From: Octopus vulgaris
Lineage: Eukaryota
Length of the DNA: 64,000 nt
Assembly (NCBI GenBank): GCA_951406725.2
Contig: OX597825.1
Coordinates: 65,348,001 to 65,412,000 of the forward strand
Direction: 5' to 3'
How positions within the stretch are numbered: the stretch's first letter is position 1; every line of letters begins with the position of its first letter. Shown one piece after another: positions 38,943 through 53,232 of this stretch. The notes under the pieces were generated by a model. It saw only the letters and a list, made by a program, of their open reading frames with translations. It was not told the DNA's origin and did not search any database. The translations under genes and the position numbers were made by a program.

Positions 38943-39348
38943 GTTTCAAATTTTGACACAAGGGCAGCCATTTTAGGGGATGGGATGAGTCGATTACATC
39001 GACCCCAGCGTTTCACTGGTACTTAATCTATTGACCCCGAGATGAGGAAAGGCAAAGTCGACCTGGAGGAATTTGAACTCAGAACACAAAGGCAGACGAT
39101 ATACCACTAAGCATTTTGCCCGCCGTGCTAACGATTCCGCCAGCTCGCCGCTTTTATTAATCCTTTCTACTATAGTCAGAAGGCCTGGAATTTGAGGAGA
39201 GGGTAAATAGTTGACCACATCGACCCCAGTATTTGACTGGTACTTAATTTTTCGACTCCGAAATTATGAAAGGCAGAGTCAACCTCGACAGAATTTGAAC
39301 TTAGAGCGAAATACCGATAAGCATTGCTAACGATTCTGCTTGCTCGCC
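38679..39348 (-). mobile_element. Three tandem family C SINEs
   Basis: 38679-38888, 38941-39152 and 39158-39348, separated by (TAA)n. Confidence 0.85.
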
Positions 39349-39395
39349 ATCATCATTATACATCTCCTCCTTCAATTGTCAGTACCTTCGAAGGC

Positions 39396-39825
39396 AGGGA
39401 GCTGATAGAATTATTAGAACGCCGGACAAATTGTTTCGCGACATTTCTTCCGGCTTTACGTTCTGAGTTCAAATGCACTGAGGTTGACTTTGCCTTTCAT
39501 CCTTTCAGGATCGATACAATAAGTACTATTTGAACATTGGGGTCGATGTAATCGACTTACCCCTCCTCCGAAATTGCTGGCCTTGTGCCAAACTTTCAAA
39601 CTCATATTGATTCTCAATTTAAGGTGACGGTCTTGCACGCCGGATGAAATGCTTAGCGGCATTTTGTCCGGCTTTACGATCTGAGTTCAAATTCCGCCGA
39701 GATCGATTTTGTCTTTCAGCCATTCCGGCTCGATAAAATAAGTACCAGTCGAACACTGGGGGGGTCGATGTAATCGACTTAGCTCCTCCGAAATTGCTGG
39801 CTTTGTGCCAAAATTCGAAATCAAT
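39396..39825 (+). mobile_element. Two tandem family C SINEs
   Basis: 39396-39600 and 39624-39825. Both contain ctttacg.tctgagttcaaat..ggtcgatgtaatcgactta..ctccgaaattgctgg. Confidence 0.85.
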
Positions 39826-40700
39826 ATTATTAACCAATGCAGAAAATGAAGTTAAGCGTTAATCTTTCATTTGATTGTATTTTTTAGCTTTATTTCTTTT
39901 ATTTCTTCAACTGTTGTTGTTGTTGTTGTTGTAAAAGAAAGAAAGAAAGAATTTTTAAAATGCCGGGGAGAAATGGAGAGTATTCTAGCCATTAAGATAA
40001 AAGCATGGGACTGTTTGGTTCCAACCATTTGATGTCTGAGATGCCATCATATGGCTTCGTTATTTGTTTCAAAAACCAAAAAAGAAAATTGAAATTTAAA
40101 AATTAAATTAACAAAACATGACAACACAACCATTCTAATTTTATAGTCATACAATGTTATTAATTAAATTCTAGCTTTATCTATTTGCATTCAATTTTTT
40201 TTTTAAATTCCCTCATGTGAATAACATCAAATATCTAACAGTTAGTTATTCATATCAACCCAGATTTAAATAAAATAGAAAATGACAATTTAGATTTTAT
40301 TTTTTGATTAACTGATGAAATTCCATTTATGAACACAAAACAAACTCTTGAATGTCTATGTGTACAACAGTTTTCTTTCTTTGTAAATTCTATATACCGA
40401 CTATGAGTATAATAGTTCTACTTCGATTTAATTCTAGTTCTCTTTTAATATAAGGAAGCAAGAAGAACTTTGTTTAGGAACAACAAGCGGTTTAATATGA
40501 GGAAGGAAATATAGATGGCGTTATAGTATTTATGCTTTGTTTAGTTTTAAGTTGTTGTCAGTCCTGTCATTAAGTGGCTGATCTAATATTGCGCCTTGTT
40601 TAACACCAACTCAAGTAAGAGTTTCTACGCCGTTGCTTTATCTGTTATTTCTGACAGCAGTGAAATTTCTCTCGAATCACATCGTAGTGTCTTAAATAAA

Positions 40701-40962
40701 GAAGGCGCGTAGCTTAGTGGTTAGGGTGTCAGCATCATGATCGTAAGATTGTGGTTTCGATTCCTGGACCGGGCGACGCGTTGTGTTCTTGAGCAAAACA
40801 CTTCATTTCACGTTGCTCCAGTCCACTCAGCTGACAAAAATGAGTAACGCTGCGATGGACTGGCGTCCCGTCCAGCTGGGGAACACATACGCCATAGAAA
40901 CCGGGAAAATGGGCCCATGAGCCTGGCTAGGCTTTAAAAGGGTGCGTTTATTTTTTTTATTA
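40701..40962 (+). mobile_element. Family D SINE, full length
   Basis: Near-identical to 32450-32708. Confidence 0.93.
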
Positions 40963-41626
40963 TACATTAGACAACGTAGTCTTTTGATGTTTGAAAACGT
41001 TTATATATGGATATATATATATATACATATACATATATATATTGGTTCTGTTCGATTATAAGAGACCTGGGTCAACACGTCATCAAGTCTTGGACACTGG
41101 GTGCCTTTAGAGGAGTTGAAACGTCATTCTGCAATTGCTAATGTTGACTATTGAAAAGAGTTGAGCAACTACAATGGTCGGTGGTGGGCGTGAGTTGCAG
41201 CCCTTGATTTAGTTATTTTAAAAGAAATACCAAAGACGAAACAAAAGAAACATAGTGACCTAGACCAGAGATTAAAGTTGCACCCTGGCATTACTGTCCA
41301 ATAAGCTTCGAATTTCTGATGTCTTACTGCATTTCTGACATAAAGAGTAAATCGTTATTTACAAATCAAAAATAAAAACAATTCGGCACCCAAAAGTATA
41401 AAATAGCGTTACAGAAATTATCAACATAAAATAACAGTTTTGTGAATTTTTAATATCTGTCAAGTTTCTTCTATGCTGTAATTGTTTATGTTTTAACAAG
41501 CGATATCATATCAAATAATTTGCCAAACAAGAAAATATAATCGCATCAAACACCTCCTCTTAATCATTAGCCGCACGCAACAAGATCTTTTACAAGAACT
41601 GTTATGCTGGAGCTTGTGGAACTTAC

Positions 41627-41836
41627 CTGGCGAAAACACATACGTAAGATACATGAGACCGTATTCCAAGGATTGGCCCCTCTCATCGGGGTCAGAAAAT
41701 ACTTCAGCAAAGCCCACTACCACAACCACTAATACAGGCGGAAATGCACTTGGCGTACTGAAAAGCCGTTGCTGGGATGACTTTCATCTCCTGCTGGTAT
41801 ATTGTATTTTAAACACGTCCGTAAGAGCTGTTATAT
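41627..41836 (-). other. Candidate 210-nt exon (or recursive splice site at its 3' end) of an unidentified minus-strand transcript
   Basis: Acceptor gtctgtattatttcag, donor CAG|gtaagt, and a GC-richer non-repetitive interior. Every frame contains a stop. Confidence 0.4.
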
Positions 41837-41880
41837 CTGAAATAATACAGACATTAAGACGAAGTGTTTAGGAATGTCTA

Positions 41881-42051
41881 GGCGCAGAAGAAGCTGTGTG
41901 GTAAGTAGATTGCTTACCAACCACATGGTTCCGGGTTCAGTCCCACTGCGTGGCACTTTGGGCAAGTATCTTCTACTGAATACTCAGGCTGACCAAAGCC
42001 TTGTGAATGGATTTGATAGACGGAAACTAAAAGAAGCTTGTCGTATGTATG

Positions 42052-42115
<64 letters not shown>

Positions 42116-42332
42116 CGTGTGTGTTTATGTGTGTATATGTTTGTATATCTGTGTTTGTACCCCCACCATCGCTTGGCAACCGATGTTGGTGTGTTCACGT
42201 CCCCGTAACTTAGCGGTTCTGCAAAAGAGACTGATACAATAAGTACTAGGCTTACAAAGAATAAGTCCTGCTGTTGATTTATTCGACTAAAGGCAGTGCT
42301 CCAGCATGGCCGCAGTCAAATGACTGAAACAA
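41881..42332 (+). mobile_element. Family B SINE, full length
   Basis: ggcgcagaagaagctgtgtggtaagtag...gcatggccgcagtcaaatgactgaaac. Confidence 0.92.
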
Positions 42333-42589
42333 ATTTATAAAATGTCTATTAAAGTATAAAGGAAAGTTGATTGCACATTTTGTTTGTAACTGAAAGCACG
42401 CCATGAATGTTTCGGAAAGAAATTTAGAGACGTTGGGACAAAATGTATGCTTTTTCTGATTGTTTTAACGACTAAATTAACGGGATGTTGCGTCGATCAC
42501 GAATAGAATGTTATTCAATGGTTCAAATTATGTAGTGCTTACCACTAGCTCTAGCTCACTTTATTACCTATATGGTGGTAGTAATTAGT

Positions 42590-42750
42590 TCTGATATAGG
42601 CCCATGGCCTGAAAATTTGAAGTGGCTGAGGAAGTCGATTATATCGACCGCATTGCTTGACTGGTTCTTTATTTTATCGAGCCGGAAAGGATGAAAGGTA
42701 AAGAACACGGTGAAATTTGAACACCGAATCTGATGCTCTAACAATTCTGC
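42590..42750 (-). mobile_element. Degenerate family C SINE
   Basis: gtcgattatatcgacc..ttttatcgagccggaaaggatgaaagg. Confidence 0.65.
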
Positions 42751-42926
42751 TTTAAGGACACCCTTTATGATACTTTAAATGTATAAACATTTCGTATATA
42801 TGTCCTTCATCTCAAGTATCAAGCTGAAGAACAGGATGAAAGAATTATTCGTAAGTCGAGTTCCATGAGTCAAACGATGATTACGCTGGAATATGCATCT
42901 GTAAGCATTGTTCAACGAGAATTTTA

Positions 42927-43468
42927 TTGGGTTGTCCAGAAAGTTCGTGCCGATTTATAGTAGCTTACCTTTCGACTTATTTTAGAACTTGGTTGAGTCC
43001 TTAAAATAGAATTTGACTACCCCTCCATTTAGAGCACAGTTTAAGCTACCTTTTCGTGGAAGAAGGTTTATGTTCCTATAACCTGTTTTAATTCTGTAAC
43101 CCTTTAAAATGGAAGATAAGAAAGTTCATTTTCAGAACTTGATGCTTTGGGAACCAGACAAAAATTGCTGCAGCTCGGCTGAGATGTGTTAGCCCACTCT
43201 CCATATTCACCAGATGTTGCTCCTTCGGATTTCCACCAATTCAGATCTTAATAGTCTTAATGGTAAAAATTTCAATTCCTTGGACGACGTAAAAAGATAA
43301 TTTGATGAATTCTTTGCCATGAAACCACCTCAATTCTGGGAAGAGCATATCATAAAGTTAAAGGAAAGATGGAGACGCATTGTGCAACAAAATGGTTCGT
43401 ATTTGGTTGATTAAAAATGTAAGGGCATTTTTCTTTCCTTTAAATATCGGCACGAACTTTCCAGACAA
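42927..43468 (+). mobile_element. Internally deleted mariner element (non-autonomous)
   Basis: TA followed by TIR ttgggttgtccagaaagttcgtgccgat, with right TIR atcggcacgaactttccagacaa-ta. MEDKKVHFQNLMLWE is fused directly to RQKLLQLG*DVLAHSPYSPDVAPSDFH..LKERWRRIVQQNG. Confidence 0.93.
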
Positions 43469-43858
43469 TATATGGCTACTATTAATTCTCACACGTCCAG
43501 TATTAGAGAGCTCCACATGTTTTAGTGGATTACACTTGGATGTAATAGAACCTGAATTGCTGGGTTTGTTTCGTTTAGAATTTTATGCTATCACAGTGTA
43601 TTATATAAGACACCAAAACGTTGGTTACAAGCAGGCTTGAGTTTTTATTCCCATTGACAGACAACTTTAACTGCTTCTTATGTAAAATTCTATGAGTGGG
43701 TTTCATCCATCGTAAACTAAATAAATGAATGGAAGATATTTCTTTTACAAGAAAGCATTCAAACACTACAGAAGTTTTATAGACGTAAATGAAAGATTGA
43801 AAAAAAACTATATTCGCAATCTGTAGCTGCACGCAGTCGTGTCTTCTGCACCTAAATG

Positions 43859-43886
43859 ATACATACATACATATATATATATACAC

Positions 43887-43963
<77 letters not shown>

Positions 43964-43982
43964 CACATATATATATATATAT

Positions 43983-44015
<33 letters not shown>

Positions 44016-44138
44016 TATGTATATGTGTGCATAGTATAAATTATATATATATATATATATTTATTTATCAATATATGCATGTAAGTATATACACATACGT
44101 ATATATGTATGCATATATATATATACATGTCTATTTTC

Positions 44139-44175
<37 letters not shown>

Positions 44176-44320
44176 TAAACGTATGTATATGTATGTATAG
44201 TATAAATTATATATATTTATTTATTCATCAATATATATATGTAAGTATATACACATACGTATATATGTATGCATATATATATATACATGTCTATTTTCTT
44301 TTATATATATATATATACAT
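43859..44320. repeat. TA/TG microsatellite containing a ~150-bp tandem duplication
   Basis: 44013-44178 and 44179-44320 share atagtataaatt..gtaagtatatacacatacgt..catgtctattttc. Confidence 0.85.
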
Positions 44321-45225
44321 GTTGTGTGCATGTGTATATTTGTATGCTTTGCATATGGGCTTGCTGTGTGCCTAATGGTCCTAATAATCATGAATCTACC
44401 ACTCCATTCAATCTCCATATGGTGTTGAATTTACTGAGAAATTTCAGTTCAATAACTTTGCATTTGGTGACGTCTAGCTCCTGCAATTTGTTCAACTTAT
44501 TGGTATTCTGCACTGTAAATTATTTTTGTCTGTTGATGTAGTGGAATTTTTCTTAGTCTGCTGATATTCTATAATAAAACTTATATTCTTCTATTGATTT
44601 TTCAATAGTCGAGTTGTCTTCGACTGTTGATATTCTGGAATACGATATATATATACACACTGATGCAAAAATCCCTTTGGTACGGTTTGTTTTTATTGTA
44701 TGTCTGGCTTGAAACAACGATGTGACAGAATCGTTAAGACACAATGGAAATGTCTGGTGATATAATTCTCGTACATTAAATTCTAAGTTCAGATCATACA
44801 GAAGTCAGTTTTGCATTCCTCACCCACCACCGATATCGATAAAATATAATACCAACCTGGTACTAGGACCGATATAATCGACTAATGTACCTTTCTCTCT
44901 ATTGTGTTAGAGATCATTATATGCCATGCTATAGCAAAGATCAAGTGGAGTGGTCTGTAGTTGAAGAACATATCTCTGTCGGGGACCTTCTTGTAATATT
45001 TGATTTCGATTTGATAACTAATAATCTTCTCAGTAGACGATGAGTATTTATGACAATTGATTAAAGTTTCTATGCACCGGGTAAACGCAAGTGTTACAAG
45101 AACACATTAGCTAAAGTGAAGAGGGTTTTCTCTGCTGACGTAAAACAACAGACATCAGTTATTCACTGGTTTTTATATACACTTCTATATGTGTGTATCA
45201 TTATGCATGTATTATATAATACATA

Positions 45226-45263
<38 letters not shown>

Positions 45264-45311
45264 TAATATAGTAATATAATACATATATATAATATATATG
45301 ATTTATATATA

Positions 45312-45361
<50 letters not shown>

Positions 45362-45516
45362 TGTTGACGAACACCATTGTTCCGTGTGATCGGATTGAAA
45401 AATTAAGCTATTAAGAATTTTTCTTAACTGAAACCAACAGTAGCCTTAATGCACAAATAAAGAAGTTATATCCACCAGTGCGATGTTGAGCACTCATTCT
45501 TGCCGTTCGACATTTA

Positions 45517-45551
<35 letters not shown>

Positions 45552-45553
<2 letters not shown>

Positions 45554-45703
45554 TTTATCTTTCATCTTTGTTTCAATGATTAGACTGCAGCTACGTTAGG
45601 GCATCACCTTGAGGAATTTTTAGCCCACTGAATCGGGCCCAGTACTTCATTTTTGTTAGACCTGGTACTCACTCTATCGGTCCCTTTTGCCTATCCGATG
45701 AGT
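45552..45703 (-). mobile_element. Degenerate family B SINE tail
   Basis: tgtttcaatgattagactgcagc..cctggtactcactctatcggtcccttttgc. Confidence 0.6.
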
Positions 45704-46145
45704 TTATATAACATATATAATATGTATACTAAATGCTACGTATCTAATAGATAGTATATGTAATATATATATAGGTATGTATATATATATATATATATAT
45801 ATAGATAGATAGATAGATAGATATAGATATATAGGGCGTATGACTGTTAGTGTGTGTGTGCTTGGTGTGTATGTCTGCGCGCTGCCGCCTGTGTGTGGGT
45901 TTGTCTGCATTGCCATAAATAAATAGTGGTCAATGAAGAGATAGATGCAATGACAGACAGAAGAGATGTTTCGAGAGATCACCAATGCGTAGAAAGGAAA
46001 CAAGTTTTATAGATATTAGACATGATGTTTTCAAATATATTACAACAAATATTACATAAGTTTCTTTATCTCTAACCAACTCATTTTTCTTCAATATTTC
46101 CTTCTTTTTTTTTGTATTATCTAGCTATTTATTCATTTATTCAGT

Positions 46146-46150
46146 TATTA

Positions 46151-46213
<63 letters not shown>
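46146..46213. repeat. (ATT)n microsatellite
   Basis: Directly visible. Confidence 0.95.
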
Positions 46214-46214
<1 letters not shown>

Positions 46215-46890
46215 TGTTATTTTGGTTTATTGTGGAGATATTTTTTTGTTGTCCCTCCTATACGCTCTTATTCTTAACGCTGTTGAAATATAAATCACAG
46301 TTTCCTCTCTCTCCCACTCTCTCCCCCTCTGTCTTTCTTCCTCCTCCTCCTCTCTCATTCTCTTGCAAGCGAATATTTACTTGGCACTGTTAGTTTGTTG
46401 GATTGACTGCAAACACGTCGGGTTTGTATTACTATAAAAGAGAAAAGAGAATACAGATGATACTGTAACAGCTAAACAACTTATAAACACATTCAATGAA
46501 ACTTTAGTGTGTTCAGCTGTCAGAAACCTCATAAGTGTTTCTTGCCAGTATATGTAGTTAAGGAATTTGCCGTCATCATTGCAATATTTACCACCGAAAC
46601 CCTCTTCTCCATACAAAAATATCACCAAAAAAACTTTATGTATTTGAAACACTATATTGTGTATGTAAAGAAGAAAAACAACTTTATGTAAGGAGGGGTG
46701 GAGAACTGATGCGTTTTAAACTTCTTTCCATACTTTAAGTACTTTCAAGTATATAAGAATGATACGCGTGCATGCATAGTTATTACACGCGCATGCGTTA
46801 CGGAAGACTATTACAATAAGATACCATCAGCGATGTGCGTAGCTTCCTGAGAGGTTTAGCATACAAAGATACACATGTACTGAATATTTA

Positions 46891-47062
<172 letters not shown>

Positions 47063-47390
47063 ATGTATGAAAGCCAAAAGCGAAACATGAGAGATTGTTT
47101 ATAAGTTATTTAGTTACACTGTCTTACGTACGTCCATTAACGACAAATTATTCTAGTTGCATAATGTAAATCATATAATCAAGATGTATTGTCAAATCTT
47201 CAGAGACGTGCAAGCTTCATACATAACATTACAGGAATGTACAATCTTGGTAGGAGAAACCGTCGATAAAAGTAACCATGATGAACATGGACAACTACCT
47301 TTATATATGTGTGTGTGTATGTGTGCGTGTATGCGTGTATGTATGTATGCATATATGTGCGTATGTTACTGTGTTACTGTGTGAAAGTAT

Positions 47391-47620
47391 GCGGCGGGCT
47401 GGCAGAAATGTTAGCGCGCCAAGCGAAATGCTTAACGATATTTCGTCTGCCGTTACGTTCTGAGATCAAATTCCGCCGTGGTCGACTTTGCCTTTCATCC
47501 TTTCGGGGTCGATAAATTATGTACCAATTACGCACTGGGGTCGATGTAATCGATTTAATAATTTTGTCTGTCCTTGTTTGTCCCCTCTATGTTTAGCCCC
47601 TTGTGGGTAATAAAGAAATG
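47391..47620 (+). mobile_element. Family C SINE, full length
   Basis: gcggcgggctggcagaaatgttagc...gtcgactttgcctttcatcctttcggggtcgataaatt...ttgtgggtaataaagaaat. Confidence 0.92.
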
Positions 47621-47626
47621 AGAACT

Positions 47627-47657
<31 letters not shown>

Positions 47658-49031
47658 TATATATATAAGAAAAGGAAGCTCAACTCGAGTGCTCTTCTTG
47701 ACTCTTATTTCTAGCAACGGCCGATACCACTTTGTACCGTCTGTCACTTTAGTGACATATATATATGCTCAAAAACATATGTACTCATAGATATGTGTTA
47801 TCTTTTCCGTAAGCCTCACATTTTAACAATGTGCGTGTTCAAACACAGTTTCTTGCTTACACTCATTAAAATACATACCTTTCGATGCTAATATTCATAA
47901 ACACAGTGTTAGTGACTGCAGTGTAATTTAGATATTCATTCAAATAATTTTAGAAATATTCTAAAGCTTCTACTGTTGACCATCTGTATTCTCATAAATA
48001 AGCTTCTCATTTAGACCATATATATCGTTAGATATTTAATAGAATTAGCATTATGATCAACTGCTATGACACCAAAATTCCCTCTACTTCCATTACTAGT
48101 TAAATCGAGAAAAAATTATTAGTCCGAACACCAAATTCTCGCATCCAGTTTAATTGTAACGAGGTGATTATCTTATCTCTCAATATCAAAAGCTCAATGA
48201 TTTAAGATGTCTCTTGCAAATAACGGTTAAATAAAACGCTACATATAATTACAAAACTTATTTTAAAATTATGTGTTCATTAAGGCACCCAAATGCAATC
48301 GTCACCTTTTCACCGTCCAAATAAATCTTGAATTTCAAAGATAAAATCGATTCGTCACCCATTTATAACAATGTCTCCAGAAACTGCGCTCTGCGTCTCT
48401 CGAAGAAGTACATCATAGTACTATAATATATTTCAATTTTACACAAATACTCGAAATAATGAATTTTTGCAGACATTTCTATTGCTACTTATTGCAAAAT
48501 TTATAAATACAAGTGTATTTTTCATATAATGTATTTAATATGTCTTAAAAGATGATCATATGGTGAAAATATTTTTTCGATCATTTTTCAACGGCTGCTT
48601 TTCTTAATTTTATATACTCAACTTATATGAGAAGGAAGAAATGGAAATGATGCTACTATTTTTGCATGTAAATAGGTAAAAATATTAAAGTGTTCCGTTT
48701 GTGACAATTGAATGCAAGAATATTTTACACATTTTCTGAAGTGTTTTCAGCAATCAATCAAATTTCGATGACTGTTCATATTCCGGTACATTTATATACA
48801 TTTTGCTTATATAAGGTCACGCTACTTCCTTCCATCATTGGTTACAATAATTGGCAATGAGAATCTCAGAATTACGACTAAAGACACTCCAGTTTCTCCC
48901 CAGAAGGACACTACTTTTATTACACTATACGTAACTCCATTCACATATATAATATATGTAAGTGTGTGCGTGTGAGTATTTATATGTATACACACATATA
49001 CATACTTACATACATAGATACATACATACAC

Positions 49032-49064
<33 letters not shown>

Positions 49065-49544
49065 AATGTGTGTGCATGTGTATGTATGTATGTATTTATG
49101 TATGTATATAAGCATATAACTGTGTGTTCAATATATCTTATATAAAAAATGTCAAGGATGAATACTCGCTGGTTTACAAGCGAAGAAGGAGGTCATCGTG
49201 AATACCACATTCTAATATTTCTATTTAATACCTTTCCCTATCATTTCTCTGGCATATTTCGTGATAGATTGATTGCCCTCAGTTTCATTGCTCTGGCCCT
49301 TATGAAATTTCCATTGCCCTCTTTTTTAATACTTATTACTTTCGATCTTTCATTTTCAATCTCTTACCCCGCCTCTCTCTCAAAGTATCTATCGTTACTC
49401 CGCTCTCTCTCTATCTCTATCTTTCCAGATCTCTCTTTCTCTCATTCCCTCTCTCTGTCCTTCTTATAGGAATAACAACTCTTTTTCAGATAGGATAGGA
49501 GAGGTACGTTAGAAAACATAGGTAGATTTAGCGAGTTAAAAAGG

Positions 49545-49592
49545 TATATGTGGGTATATATATATATGTATATATATATATATGTATACATA

Positions 49593-49644
<52 letters not shown>

Positions 49645-49718
49645 CATATACATATATATATATATACATATACATATATATATATATGTATATACATATA
49701 TATATATATGTATATACA

Positions 49719-49768
<50 letters not shown>

Positions 49769-49859
49769 CATATATATATATTTATATATATATATATTTA
49801 TATATATATACATATATATATACATACATATATATACATATACATATATATATATATAC

Positions 49860-49921
<62 letters not shown>
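49545..49921. repeat. Long imperfect (TA)n tract
   Basis: Directly visible. Confidence 0.95.
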
Positions 49922-49922
<1 letters not shown>

Positions 49923-50220
49923 GAGCGAAACAGTAAGACTCTTTCTCTCACGCATTTTTTCAATACCTCATTTTATATTTCTGTCCTATCCCTGCCTCTT
50001 CTCTCACTGCACTCCCTTGCTCTCGCACTGTTCATCTATTTCTATTCTTACTCTACCCTTACCCGCTTCTGCTTCTTTCATTTTTTTTCTTCATTTTTTC
50101 TCATTTTTTTTGTTTTAATATTTATGTGTTTGTTTGTTTGTTTCTCGGCTGTATAACATTTTACGTGTCTTATGAACAGGATTCATTAAAAAAACATTAA
50201 TTTTGCTGTCTCAGACAAAC

Positions 50221-50264
50221 ATGATAATAATAACGATGAAAATAATACTAATAATAATAATAAC

Positions 50265-50298
<34 letters not shown>

Positions 50299-50299
50299 T

Positions 50300-50336
<37 letters not shown>

Positions 50337-50495
50337 AAAACTATATAAACAAATATCAAAAACATAAGTGAAAATAACAACAACACATCAATAAGAACAA
50401 CAATAATGACGGTAAAAAAACAATATATATAACAAAAAAGAAATGCAAAAAATAAAGATAGCTATGACGGTGATGCATCAACTGTAACAACAATA

Positions 50496-50533
<38 letters not shown>

Positions 50534-50675
50534 CACTACAGGCCGAATATAAATAACTCTTAACAAATTCTCGTGTCTTCTTCCGTACTGTTTTTCTGAA
50601 ATTCTTACAAAACACCAGAACAAATCGCAGACAGTTATATTGTTTGCATTTTTCTGGGGTATTTTATAATTACCA

Positions 50676-50726
<51 letters not shown>

Positions 50727-50895
50727 ATGTCATTATTATCATTACTATTATTTGTAGTTGTAGCAATAGCAGTAGTATTAATAGTATGTATGTATGTATA
50801 TATGTATATATGTATGTATCTTCGTATGTATGTGTGTGTGTATGTATGTATGTATGTATATATGTATGTATGTATGTATGCATGTATATATGTAT
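50221..50895. repeat. Trinucleotide repeat cluster (TAA)n, (GAT)n, (CTA)n, (TAG)n plus (TATG)n
   Basis: Directly visible. Confidence 0.85.
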
Positions 50896-51163
50896 TTTTG
50901 GTCTTATTTTTGTTATATTTTTAGGGTGATAGTATGCCTTCGTTAATATTCTTTTTATTTTCGACACCAATTTTTGGTGTCGACTTACTTCTATTTTTTA
51001 CCCACTCCTCCGCCATTTTTTCTTGTTTTTTTAAAAAAATAAACTGTTTACATAAGAATGAAACCTAAGAAAGATTACAAGAAACGACTCTAACCAATAC
51101 TTGAGTAGGACTAGTTTGTGAGGTGTAGTATAGTGCGCATGAAAGTGTGCGTGTATTTTATAT

Positions 51164-51226
<63 letters not shown>

Positions 51227-51339
51227 TATATATATATATATATGTATTTATATTTATATTTATATTTATATCATCGGTATGTATATACGTAGGTATCAAT
51301 TTATCTATCTTTCCTTTTGAAAAACGTCTGCCCATTATT

Positions 51340-51575
51340 ACTATCTAATATGTAGTCTCAGTTGCTTCTGTATGTTAGTCAAAACAAATATGAAAATTGA
51401 GAATTACAGAAATACCATTTGCAGAGTTATTTGTATAACAAAACAGGAAATTGGAAGATTTTGGGTATTATTTATTTACCATTACACGTGTTTCTTTTGC
51501 TAATAGGATTTACAAACTTTGACATGTTAGGCAGATATGAAAGGAATTTCCTATTATAAATTCTTGGGAGAAATT
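51340..51575 (-). mobile_element. Second copy of the 22600-22835 PLE-like repeat
   Basis: Colinear similarity. The minus strand has GAAAC-ACGT-GTA-atgg and stem II taatagga/tcctatta. Confidence 0.6.
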
Positions 51576-51615
51576 GAATAATATATATATATATGTATAT
51601 GGTTAGCTAGCTAGC

Positions 51616-51709
<94 letters not shown>

Positions 51710-51731
51710 TATAAATAGATAGATAGATAGA
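51616..51731. repeat. (GATA)n microsatellite
   Basis: Directly visible. Confidence 0.95.
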
Positions 51732-53232
51732 CTGTTGAGAATGTGTTTTCATACAGTTTACGAAAATGGTTGAACATAAAGACAACAGTATAAATGCATA
51801 CTAACACACACAAACATACAAACTCACTAACACACTCAAACACATAAATACATATATACAATTATTTATATTTTTAATTACCTACACGCATATAGATATA
51901 TTCATACACGTGTGTGCGTTCACACATTGCTCATTTGAAAGTCGGTCGTATGCATTGGACATGGGCGATTAATTATTCCGTCAGATTTCGAAAACCATTT
52001 CAATACATAAAGAACTTGTCTTGAATGACATGTGATACACCTTCACCCGTCTTGGTTATCCAAATATATGCAATTGGCCATTCTGCCTTAGTTTTCTTAG
52101 ATCATTAACTCATTTCTATTTTATACACACACATACGTTATTTAGCACTTGGAAAGAAGAAATGTCAGTGAGGCCGCTATACAGACAGACTACATAACTT
52201 TGGTTGTTGATAAGAATCTGTCAATTACATCGCTATTTTATTATTTTTCTTTCGACCACAGAAACTGCTAAACCACACCGGTTTGAACGGTATTTCAAAT
52301 CACGTAATATATTCTTAACTGTATGTATAGCAGATCATTAAATCTTAATGACTTTCTCACCAAATACTACTCTTAAAGCATGCTTCTTCTTATCAGCTAT
52401 ATTATGGTTTCTCGAGTGATTTTTTTTCTCTATTTTCCAGAGTAGTCTCAGACTAAAGCATATCTGAATATTAAATAAATTTGTGGTGATTCGGCTGGTA
52501 TTAATCACTCTCGGTGGTTACTCACGCGTACACATGCACAATATCTACCTGTGTGTGTGTGTGTGTGTATGTGTGTGTGTGTAGAGAGAGAGAGAGAAAT
52601 ATACATACAATTATATATGCTTATAGAATCATTTACACTCACATACACACATTTAAATCTCCCTAGTTTATCTCATTTTCCTTCTCTTTCTCTCTCTCTT
52701 TCTCTGTCTCTCTCTCTCTCTCTCATGCACATGCATATATATATATATATATATGCATAAAAGTTGCAATGATGTAATTGAGCCAAAGAGTGATATTTTG
52801 AAATCATTCAAAACATATGTTCCATGTTTGCGTAATATGTAATACGAAATGTATCTAGTATGTAAACCTTCCTCAGTCAAAACATTTCAAAATATTCTTA
52901 GCGTAACATGAAATATGTATATAGCTATGAATACTGTCAGCGGCCATGCACTAGAGGTCATTAATACATCAGTAAATTCCTTTATTCAAAGTTAAGCGGT
53001 AAATAAAGGATATGGGCTCATAGAAAGTGATATATCGTTGTTGAAACCACCACCGACTAGATACGTCCTCAAATATCCCTGGAATTTATATTTGCCCCAG
53101 TTTGGCCATTTGATCCATCCTCTTATTTCCTGAACCTCATTTCATCAATAACAAAAGGTTGTTGTTTATTAAATCAAAAGCTATCTAAGTCTTGCATTTC
53201 TTAGTTTACTTTACTTCTGAGTTTAAATCCCT

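Noticed and set aside
45385-45445. Further hammerhead-like remnants (also near 9950-9975, 35419, 59020-59072 and 59914-60035)
   Set aside because: Only one half of the core is recognisable in each, so they were not counted.
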